DNA from: Takakia lepidozioides
Lineage: Eukaryota > Plantae > Bryophyta
DNA: 64,000 bases
NCBI GenBank assembly: GCA_030704615.1
Contig: CM060733.1
Location: 44,516,001-44,580,000 of the forward strand
Reading direction: 5' to 3'
Positions 14,671 through 25,400 of the stretch are shown piece after piece (positions within the stretch are counted from its first letter, which is position 1; the number at the start of each line of letters is the position of its first letter). The notes under the pieces are model-generated. The model saw nothing but the letters and a program-made list of their open reading frames with translations, was not told where the DNA came from and did no database searches. The translations under genes were made by a program, and so were the position numbers.

Positions 14671-17600
14671 AGTCAGGTTGTTGCCAGATAATAGGCACTG
14701 TCCAATGGAGCTAATTGAGGAGGTCCAGGTGATGTAACTGAACTCCCCTCACCTACCGATGGGAAGGCCTCCTGCCATGCTTGTTGCACACACTGGCTTG
14801 CCACTCGCTGCAAATCCCCAACTGTATTCCATAGTGAGCTATGCACAGGAACATGAGGAAGCAACTCAGCCTTGTATGCCAATTTCTTATCCTCATCAAG
14901 TGGTGGCCTATCATCTGCATGGTGATTGCCCTTCCAAGCGCTAACCACCCCAAGCCACCCACCTTGAGAATGCAGCCAATGTGGGCATCATTATTCCTAT
15001 GATCACCGCTACATTCCAATAAACCGCACTGGGAATAGTGCACGTCGACCATCCCTGACGCCATTCCGGCCTGTAGGATGTCGTTTCCGCCCAAAAGTCC
15101 AAAGTAAAGCCCATGGGTACAACACAGCCCCACCAACAAGCACATCATAGGACATCGCGTCCGTAACATGGCTTTAGTTCATGACTGAGCGTCGTAAGAT
15201 GATCCGGCTTGCAATCGAATTTAAGAGAGCTCATGGCGTGAAATCCTCGCGTCTTTTCTGACACACCCAAAGATGTTGAATTTGGAAAGGGCAAGGCTCC
15301 AATCCGCCTCTATAAGGCCCAAGCCTGCAAATTGCTGCTCTCCCCAACATCAATGGCTGGCTCCTGAGTCCAACAAGACCCGCGTGGCCTATACCTCCTC
15401 CCGGTGGCCCACCCAATTGACAACACTCCATCCTGATTGTCCACCGGACTACCCCAGAGTCACCATACTTGCGTTCAATGACTGGCCTAGCTAGCAATTC
15501 CTGCAACCTTCCAGTCTACCGCTGCCATGGCGTAGCTGTGGCTGTCTTCACCCTTGAATCCAGGGCATCTAATGCATTGCAACTAATCCGCTATCCCCGC
15601 AGATAGTCCAATGCATCACCACTCTAACAGAGTATAGTGCCAGTCTAAACACTGCAGCTGGCCACATCCGACATTGCCTTGTCGTGGCAGAAAACAATGG
15701 AGCTTGGTAATTGTCGTAGCCGCCCCAACAATGTATGGCCGCACCTTGCTTTGCCAGTACCACCCACTGCATTTCCCGAGCCATACCGGTTTGTCTCCCC
15801 AATGGCACTCGTGCTCACCTCTAATACAATGGGGGGAGCGGGTGCCATGATGGCATTAGTTGGCACGTCTCAGCCAATGTGAAAGACTGTGGAAGCCTTG
15901 TCTGCCGACTGGCTTCCCATCTTTGGGATCAAAATCCACATCTGTTCCTCTGGTTCAGGAGCAGCGTTGCTGCTCGGTGACAGAGCTGCAAAGTCCACAT
16001 GCAATGAGTCATGCAAGTGCGGCTCCACAGGGCTTGAACCTCAAGCCTTGGAGCTCGCGCAACATGAGTAGTGGCCATGGCAGCAGGACGTTGCTCTAGC
16101 TGGGCAAAGTCTATCCACCATGCCTTGGTATGACCTAGACCCTGACCTTGTGCTCCTTGGTTTTGGTTACGACCTCCACCCCGGCCTCTGCCTCCTCTAC
16201 CTCTCTGGACTACTGCCTCGTCCTCGGCCACCATTGTTCCTTGGAACTGGCCTGGCCATAGCTCAGGATGCAAGCCATAACAATGGGCCTCCTCATGCCC
16301 TACTTTCTTACAATGCCCACATTGTAGTTGTGTAGGCTGGGCCTTCGTGCCGACCCTTTGCCTCTCTCCGGGCAAATCTTTCCTTGACATGGGGCCCTCC
16401 AAATCCAACAAGTCACACCCAACTGTTGTTGGCCTGAGAATGAGAAAGAGACCTCTGCATCTGAGATCCTATTTGCCTTCCTTCGGCTCATCTGAGCCTC
16501 ATTGTTGCCTTGAACACGTTGGGATAGTGGTTGTTGTTGGCTAGAGCCCACTTTGTTGTGTCTCTTGCCAAACCCCACATAACCACTCGACCTCCACCAT
16601 ATTGAGCTCTTCCGCTCTGCCAGCAAAAACACATTTGCTAAGGTGGGTGGTCCACTTGTAGGAGAGTTTGCATCCCGCACCCTTCTCCTAAGCTCCTTGT
16701 CCAGGATCCCATACCAAAACTGACTGCCTGAGCTTCTGTAACCCATTGGGTCTTACGTTTATCAAGTGTCTCATGCGGGTGTAAGCCTCCCTCAAACTCT
16801 CAGTAGACCTTCGTTAGAACTCTTGCAAAGCTCCGCACACTTCTCTGTCATTATCCCTTGGTAGTTTCTCTCAACTCCTCGAAAGAACTCCACAACTGGG
16901 TTAAAGGCAGGAGGCACGGGTGTTGGGTGTGTTGCGAGCAGGAGCTTGAGTGGGATTTCCCAGCTATTGTTATACCACTTGTCCCACTACTAGTGCTTGC
17001 AGTTGGAGATGTTTGTATAGCTGATGGGTGTCGTCGTGCCCTTGTGCCTCTAGTGATGGAGACATAGGTAGGTGACTAATACTCTCGCCATGCTCATCTC
17101 CACCGCAGTCCCGCCTAAATCATGGTAATCATCCTGGGCGGCCCTCAAGGGGCTGGAATAGCCCCTTCCACGCCATAAAGGGCGTAAACAGTTGTGGATT
17201 CGGCATTGTTGCAAATCACACCAACTGTCAACTCTGTATGAAGTCATCAAGCTCGAGGTGCCCACAGCTCCAGAGTTACCTACGTGGCCCCCTTGGTAGG
17301 CTCATACATCTCCTCCATCGTATCCCAAAGAATGGCACGAAAAGACTTGCACCCTCGGCGAGGAATCCTCCCGACTCCGAGTCTGAACCTGTGACCTTCC
17401 TCAAGAAGACACTGAACGGTGAAGGTGGCCTAAACCGCACACCTCATCTTGTGTACCACTAGTATCGCTGGTGCTCGCATACGGCACTCCCATCAGCAAT
17501 TGGTGGCACCTCCGTGATGAACTCACAAACCAACGGTTGTCAACCTGTCTCTAATCCCCACTCTCTACAATGGTAAACCGGCACTAGTACATATTAACGT

Positions 17601-18179
17601 TTTTAGACTACGGGTGATATAAACCGTGGTAACCATGACTAATACGTGACTACATATGTGACGAAAACCATTGTTGGGCGAAATTTAATATATTTTAATC
17701 TAAACATATTACTACATGACTAGGAGCCGCGGCAAACGTGTTGCCAAGAACAGAGGCTTGGTTTATATAACTAGTAGTCATATGCACTATTACACGTAAA
17801 CAAGTGCTACATAAGCTTATGACTAAATGACTACACCATTACTACACATTGATGACATGCCATACAAGCTTATGACTACATGAGTACATGAGGTTTCACA
17901 GCTCTGTTTTAATGAATACACAACTACACGTGGCATCTTAAAGCATATACATGAAGGGTCATCAATCGGATGACCTCATCCATCTTATTCTAACGAAGCA
18001 CTTGTGTCCATTGGAATGACACAAAGTGCCAAAAAGTTAAAAAAATTCAAAAAGTTGCTTTAGGGTTGCCCACGTTGAGCCGTGAAACAGGGTTGGGACT
18101 TAGCCTCCTTTTGACGCCCGTGCTACGATCTGTTTTATTTTCGTAGTATCAAGCCGAAGCAGTGAGAACTTGTGTCATG

Positions 18180-19180
18180 AAACGCCATGATCGCATGATA
18201 TGCAATGCAGGGGCGTGGGATAGAGGCTTTGCGAGCAAATGATGCAGGAAGGGCGAGGATATGCAAAGGGGGGGCATGGTACATATAGGTTCGGAGAACG
18301 TATGAGCAAATAATGAGGGAAATGATGAAGCCGGGCCGGGTTGTGTTTGCAATGCGTGTGCGGGCCTGGCAGCCCTGGAAAAGGGTTAAAAGGTCCATGG
18401 TGCCATTGTCAAATTTGGAATGTACCAATGGTCATTCTGAACAATACCTAGTGGACATGTATGCCAAATGTGGCAGTATTGAGGATACAAACGGAGTGTT
18501 TGAGAATATGACTGAACGAGATATCGTGTCCTGGAGTGTGATGATCGATGGATAATCCCCAGCATGGAGGCCTTGGAGATCTATGAGCAAATGATGCAGG
18601 AAAGGTAAAGCCAGACCTGTCACATTCGTTTGTATATGCAATTCGTGTGTGCGAGCCTGGCAGCCCTGGAAAAGGGCAAAGGTGACATCATCAGAGCTGG
18701 AATTGTACCCGACATCATTATGAACATGCACTCGTGGACATGTATGCAAAATGTGGTGCATCGAGGATGAGAGGGAGTTTTTCAACAGTATGGTTAAACG
18801 AGATGTGGTGTTGTGGAACACGATGCTTGCGGGGTATGCACAACAAAGCCGCGGGAAGGAGGCTATGGAGACCTATGATCAAATGATGGCGGAAGGGGTG
18901 AAGTCATCACGTTTGATGGCATTGGAAATGCATGTGCAAGCCCTGGCAGCCCCTGAAACGGGCAAAGAGTCCATGGTGACTTGTTCATAGCAGGAATTGT
19001 ACCCGATGTCATTCTGACAGTCTCTCGTGGACATGTATGCAAAATGTGGGTGCATCGAGGATGCAAAGGGAGTGTTCAATAGTATGGTTGAACGAGATGT
19101 GGTGTCGTGGAGTGCGATGATTGCTGGATATGCACAACAAGGGCGCGGGATGGAGGCTTTGAAGACCTATGAGCACCTTC
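18180..19180 (+). pseudogene. Degenerate PLS-class PPR gene fragment
   Basis: Repeated LVDMYAKCGSIEDA..VF..M.ERD(I/V)VSWS.MI.GYAQQG.G.EAL motifs across frames, with stops and frameshifts. Similar to the intact gene at 47340-50012. Confidence 0.88.
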
Positions 19181-20196
19181 TTCAACACATTTCAGCCTGT
19201 TTTCCCTGTTATCAGAGTCGTCCTTAATTTTTAGGTTGAATTCTACAGCAACAGCAACACAACTGATAAAATCAGGCACTGGTAATCAATGCATTCACCA
19301 TTCATTGCACCTCCCCTTCTCACTTTTCCCCCTATTTTTTTTGCTCTTATCAGAATTGGCCCTAAATTTCTATGTTGAATTCTGCAAGTTAGCTGGTTAG
19401 TTTGGGTGGAGTATGGGGGAGATGTCAACCCTGATTTGACAGTTTTAGTGTATTATGATAGGATGTTCTTTATCTCAGAAGTGTATGTTTCTCTTGCACA
19501 CTTTGTCAGAATCACCTGGTCTGGGCTCTTGGCTCCTGTTAGTACCATGATTTGGTATGCTTCCTGATGTTTACAAGGTTCTTGGGAGAGTCAGCTTGTA
19601 GGTCTTAACAGACCGGTTTCAATCTGTGCCCGCTCAGCTGCACCGTGGTGGTTCTCACAAACCAATTCGACATTACCTGACTACAGACACAAGCAACACA
19701 CACAAGAGGTCCTCTTGGATTCACGGTCAGTCAAATCCTCCATGGGTCATGACACAAGGTTGAGGACAATGTGGTGAGGGAACCTTCTTCTGTCCACCTA
19801 TTTCAACCTGTTTTGCCCTCTCATCGGACTCGGCCCTGAGATGCATATTGAATGTTGTAAATTAGCTCGTTGGGTGGATCTGTGGTGGTTTGGGGTGACT
19901 TGACAAGTTTCTGCCGATGTGGCAGCACAAACAGCACACACGAGGTCATTTTGGGTTGATGGTCGGTTAAATCCTCCATGCGTCATGAACAAAGGTCAAG
20001 GACATTGTGGTGAACGCACCTTCTTCTTCAACCTTTTGGCGGTCTGTTTTGCACTCTCATCATTAGGGTTGGGGTATTTGCTGGAAGAACTTCACGCAGT
20101 CGGTGTCAGCTGAAGGACTGTCAGGCAGGGATAGCTGAAAGACTAGGGATAGAGGTCCAGATCCATCCAAGAGGACCGGGTTTCAAACATAAGATT

Positions 20197-20773
20197 TGTC
20201 GTGCACCTAAGCATCGTGCCACAACATACATCGCTGTCCACCACACAATCTAAGCACACAATCCTAGCAAGCTAAGAGATGAGAAATGAGAGAAGTAGAG
20301 GACAATGAAAGCTCTCAAAGCATGAAGCAATCACATGAAGAACAAGCCCTAGTCCTTCCAAGTGAAATCCACTCTATCACATAAACTAAGTCAAGCCAAG
20401 GGCACCTTTGCTAAAGGAATCCACCCTACAAAGCCCTCAACACACTCCCTCTCAATACCTAGAGCTATGGAGGTGAGAGAAGCTCATGGAGGCTCAACTA
20501 CAAGAAGATGAGCCTCCTCAACACTCACAAGGGGAAAACCTATCTCCATGTCTCAAGTGAGGCTCGACACCTCACTTGGCATGTGAGACCAAATGAAGTC
20601 CCAACACACAAAATATAAATATAAATATCTAAATGTCTAGTTAACTAGAAGTAGGTAATTCTAGATAACCATGACTAAAACCATGACAGCTGTCGTGCAC
20701 CTAAGCATCGTGCCACAACATACATCGTTGTCACCACACAATCTAAGCACACAATCCTAGAAAGCTTACCACA
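20197..20773 (-). repeat. 3' LTR of copy 2, same a-b-a structure, with PPT-like tract at ~20775-20785
   Basis: TGTCGTGCACCTAAGCATCGTGCC at 20197 and again at 20691. Homologous to 9555-10092. Confidence 0.8.
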
Positions 20774-21029
20774 ATCGCCCCCCTAGCTGGTGGTTAGGTC
20801 CCTCTAACTCCAGATAGCTACAAGATGTAATAGCCACAGCCGTACTAAGTCCTCCATCACTGTCCCTATTGTACTCAAACTCTATAGACCAAGAGGCCGG
20901 GTAAAGAGCAACCCCATCGTTAGTTGCCGTCTTGCAATCTGTGAACTTGAGTCAGGATCTCGTGTGTTGGTCTCCTAGTAGCTTGGCCTTGCATTTCTTG
21001 TTAGCCTTCCATGGTTGTATCCACTCCCA

Positions 21030-21180
21030 CTATCCAATGCAATGCGGACATAACCAATCCCCATCAGGAACCATCTCAAGAGGTGGAGTCAAGCATCCCA
21101 TATGCCAACCTCTAGAGCATTGATCACACACTAGCATGGTGGCTGCCCCTCTAGCAGACCCACACAACATGCACCTCAAA
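21030..21180 (-). other. PHD finger at the integrase C-terminus, copy 2
   Basis: RCMLCGSARGAATMLVCDQCSRGWHMGCLTPPLEMVPDGDWLCPHC (C4HC3). Confidence 0.93.
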
Positions 21181-24100
21181 CTTGCAGGTACCACTGCCAG
21201 GTTTGGGTCAACCCTTCCATCAACATTTGGAAGGTGACATGGCGCGCAATTACGCACATGGTCCTTCCAAATCATGCCATCCCGACCCTCCAAGATCATG
21301 ACTCCTGAGGGAACACCTCTCGAACCCTCAAAATAGTACGTCCTGCAGTCACATCCAAGGTCGTAGGAGCAGTCTGCTGCAGATAAACATAGTCACCAGG
21401 GTTGAATCTCCGAACCCCAGGACGATAGCCCCCACCACGTATGGTAGCTTACCTCAACGTATCACGATGTTATGCAATGGCAAGGTTCTCGAAAGCCATG
21501 GGCATGACTTTCTTGAACAACTCTGCACGCTGCTCACATGCACGTGCCCACACGTCCGGATCGTCAAGGTAAGAACTGTAGCAGCTTCTCTGCGAATGGA
21601 TGTAGGCAAATCCGGCTCTCAGCCAAAGAGAAGAAAGTATGGTGAGAAGGAGGCAAGTGATGCTTGCTTGCTGAACCTGTAGCCCATGGCTAACCAGGGT
21701 AACTGAAGTCCCAATCTCCTAGGTGTCCCTTCTGCAAGCCATACTTGCGCAAACCCCTCTTTACTGTCTGAACAATTCTCTCTGCCAAGCCATCGGCCTC
21801 AGGATGATCCCGAGAAGTGGTGCGGTGGTCTATCAAGGCCTTGTCACACCAAAGCCTGAAACTCCCCCAAGAACTCTCTCCCTTGGTCCGTGAGTACCTC
21901 AGCTGGAGCACCGAATCGGCTAAGCACACAATCCAAGAATGCATACGCAACTCCCTCACTAGCCTTATCAGGCAATGGAACCAATTCAATCCACTTGGAG
22001 AAGTGCTCCACCATCACCAACACGTACTTGTTGTGGCGCATGGTCAGTGGCAATGGCCCTGCGAAGTCAATACTCTACCTGTAGCCCAATCCCATGATCG
22101 GAAGAGGGTGCAATTGTGGAGTAGGGGCGTTGAATGAAGCACGCACCCTGTCACACACCATGCACCTAGCCACAAATTGTTGCACATCTGTGTGCATACC
22201 ACGCCACCAATACTGCCCCTGCAGTAGACTATGAGTGCGTCGCACCCCAAAATGCCCCAACTCCTCATGGGATGCCGCACTAACCGTGCCCGCTGTGTTG
22301 GGTGAGGCACAATCCTCACTCGACCATCCTCCCACACTCGGAGCAGGTGTGTCCCCTCCCACTTGAACCTCTTGGCTCGTTATAGGATCCGATCCCTCTC
22401 CTTGGCAGTCACAGTGGCTGCAGTGTCTCCAGTGCGGAGGTAGTCCAACACAACTGAATCCTCATGTATATCTTTGGCGCCACCTTGCTCATTGCTAGCC
22501 TCAGGGTCCTCAGACACTTGATCTACAGTCATCCCTGTTGCAGGTCCAACCTGGCCTTCCGCTGCCAAGATACACAGAAATGCAGATGCATGCCATCCGG
22601 GCACCATCTCCTCGTCCGTCTCACCATGCCACCGAGCTCCAGTGTCATCCTGCTGGCTCGTGCATGGATTGCGACTCAACCCATCTGCATTGCGATTGAC
22701 CAAACCCGGTCGATGCACCACCTGAAAGTCATACTCTTGAAGGATGAGTGCCCACTGTGCAAGCTTCCCCGTAAGCTTGTCTGACTCCATCAACCACTTG
22801 AGTGGTTGGTGATCCGTGACAAGGGTGAAGAGATTGCCGTGTAGATAGCACCTGAAGTGTGCCACGGCCCACACTGCAGCTAAGCATTCTCCCTCATATA
22901 AGCTATACTTAGACTCTTCAACGTTGTTCGAGCGGCTAGCATAAGCCACTACGAACTCTCTTCCCTCATCATCCACCTGTGTGAGCACCGCTCCAAGCCC
23001 CAGCATGCTCCAATCTGTATATAGCTGAAAGGACGCCCCCTGATAGGTCGTCTCAAGATGGGCGCCGAGGTCAACCTCGCCTTGAGCTCTTGAAAAGCTT
23101 GTTCTTGCTCATCTTCCCACTACCACTCCTGGTCCTCCTTGGTCAGCTTGGTTAGAGCCTTTGCAATGGCACTAAATCCCTTAACAAACCGTCTATAATA
23201 GTTTGCTAACCCCATGAAAGCTCGAACTCGGCTCACATTCGTGGGGTGTGGAACCTGTGCAATGGACTCTACCTTAGTTTGTTGTATCCCCAATCCTCCA
23301 ATGTGACCCAGATACTCAATCTGGTTGTGGAAAAACTTGCACTTTCCCGGATGTAACTTTAATCCGTGCACCCTCAAGCGCTCAAATACCCCCTGAAGGT
23401 GTCTCTCATGCTCTTCCACCGTAGCACTAAAGATGATGATGTCATCTATGTAGCACCGAGCAAACTCCACCCCGCTAGAATCATGTCCATGACTCCTGAA
23501 ACTCTCTGTGGAGCGTTCTTAAGCCCAAATGGTAAGAACCGCCACTGGTATAGGCAATCTTCCCGTGCTCATTGATCCCCAGAATGCCGTCTTTTGCTTA
23601 TCCGCCTCCTTGATCGGCAACTGGTGATATCCAGATCGTAAATCCAACATGCTAAAGACCTTGGCATGCCCAATGGCATCAAAGATCTCCTCTGGTGTTG
23701 GCATGGCATACCTATCGGACTTGGTCTGACGATTTACAGGCCGGTAATCACCGCACATACGTCTCTCCGTCCAATTGCCAAAGACATCCTTCTTGGCTGG
23801 CATCACTGTGGCTGAAGCATACTCTCCCCCAGATAGCTCCACCAAACCAGCCTCCCAAAGGTCATGAGTTCTCATCTGAATCAAGGACCTCTCCATGTCA
23901 CTGTATCTATAGGGTCTCCGAAAGATTGGCGTGTCAGTAGCCAATTCAATGCGAATCTCTTGACTCTTCAGTGCTCCTAAGTCCTTCAAACTGAAGGCAA
24001 AGCAGTTCCTATAAGCCCTCAAGAACCGCCGTATACGTCGTCTCTCTCCTCCGGTGACTATAGGTCCAACATCAGGCTCCCAGTTGTCCTGCGTGACTGC

Positions 24101-24439
24101 AACCTTGAGTCCAGCAGGCTTAGAGGTAGAAGACGCGTCCCGTGGTTGCTATGCTGCAACCTCTTGAGCAGTGACCACTGCCTCCTCTGTCAGTGACAAT
24201 GTCTCATCCTGCCCCATCATCCCATCCTTGAGGACCTCCTCAATCCGAGAAAAATCCCCAACCTGATCCATCACCGCCGCCTTGGCTGCCAACTCCTTCT
24301 GAACCTCGAGCACCTCCCATGTGTGCCATGGATGCGGCCTGCACCTCGTGGTCCTTACCTGCTCGCCCCCACTCACTGCCTGTACCGTCTCGGTAGGCAG
24401 GGAGACCATGAAGGGAAGTGTACTCCGTACTCTGCGCTG

Positions 24440-25400
24440 CTCAGCCATAGCCAAGCTGATAATCCAGGTCAAGCAATTGAGATCCATTGCTTGCCCCAAC
24501 ACCTGACGACGTGATGCCTCAGAAAGAGATGGCACCGCCGTGGTACCTGTGGTAAAACCCATCGCCCGCTCGCGCTCGTAGCATTGGGCTCCACTAATTG
24601 TTACAACTGGCTATCCCACAAGAGGCCAGGTCTACCATCCCGAAAAGCATGGGATCCTGGGAAGCTGAGCAGTGTAGGTAATGTTGCTCGTGGTTGACCC
24701 ACCCTGTTGACCACTGCCAAAGACGAACGGTCATTGTGTCTCATACGTTGAGACTGCCTCCATGTGTCCAAAATGCTATCCATTGTGAGGTGTGCTGGCC
24801 GCTGCACCCCATCAAATGCACGCTTGAGCAGTGCGGGTGGCATCAAGTTAGTCCACCATAGCCGTGGACGATGAGCCCATGACCCCACCGCAGCTGCATC
24901 CAGCAACACTGCTGACCCAAGCCACGACCGGACTTGATGCACACTGGCCATCACCCTGGCCTGAGAATTACCCATCAGTGGCACATTCTCCAAGATGTAT
25001 GCTGGAGATACAGCTTGATGAAGCTGCAAGTGGCGCAAAATCCGCACCATCTCCCAAAAAGACCCGTCCTCGAGTCTCGCAATCCATTGCTATGCCCGGC
25101 TGATGAATGCCCTTGGCAGGGCCAACCTGCCACTACCAGATCAATGGAGCCAACTCGCTCCAAATCCTGCGCCCCCAGCAACGAAATGTCTGCTGGCAAG
25201 GCTTGTTGGTATCCACGAACTGCAGACACTGGCAACAAATCAGGGTACTGCTGTACCAACTGAGCAACATGGCGTTGTGAGACGCGTCGTGCAGTCTCAT
25301 CCCTCTCCACATACAGGTAACGTCGAACTCGTACACTGCCTGCAGTACTGCAGCCAATCCAGTGCTGATCCCCCCAAACAAGTCCAGAAGGCATATGCCT
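24440..25400 (-). pseudogene. DNMT3-like C5 cytosine methyltransferase domain within pol, copy 2 (frameshifted)
   Basis: ICLLDLFGGISTGLAAVLQA (I), VRRYLYVERD (II), IDLVVAGWPCQGHS (IV, catalytic PC), YILENV (VI), AAAVGSWAHRPRLWWTNL (VIII), AMGFTTGTT...RRQVLGQAMDL (IX/X). Confidence 0.92.

Larger units (their letters stand above)
9555..17520 (-). mobile_element. Ty3/gypsy LTR retrotransposon copy 1 (gag-PR-DNMT3-like MTase-RT-RNaseH-INT-PHD, 3' LTR); degenerate, 5' LTR not found
   Basis: Minus-strand fragments in gypsy order: gag with CCHC knuckle CGHCKKVGHEEAHC (~16300); protease RVLLDSGA (~15370); MTase (~13750-14670); RT (FSTLDLRSGYHQL, YIDD region ~12760); RNase H (AYASRS...YEGECLAAVWAV...TDHQPLKWL); integrase (HEELGHFG...CMVC, SLDFAGP, TDQGREF, GLAERVVQ); PHD. 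Many frameshifts and stops. Confidence 0.95.

Noticed and set aside
17545-17560. Minus-strand TGGGGATTAGAGAC as a degenerate tRNA-iMet primer-binding site for copy 1
   Set aside because: Several mismatches to TGGTATCAGAGC and no adjacent LTR.
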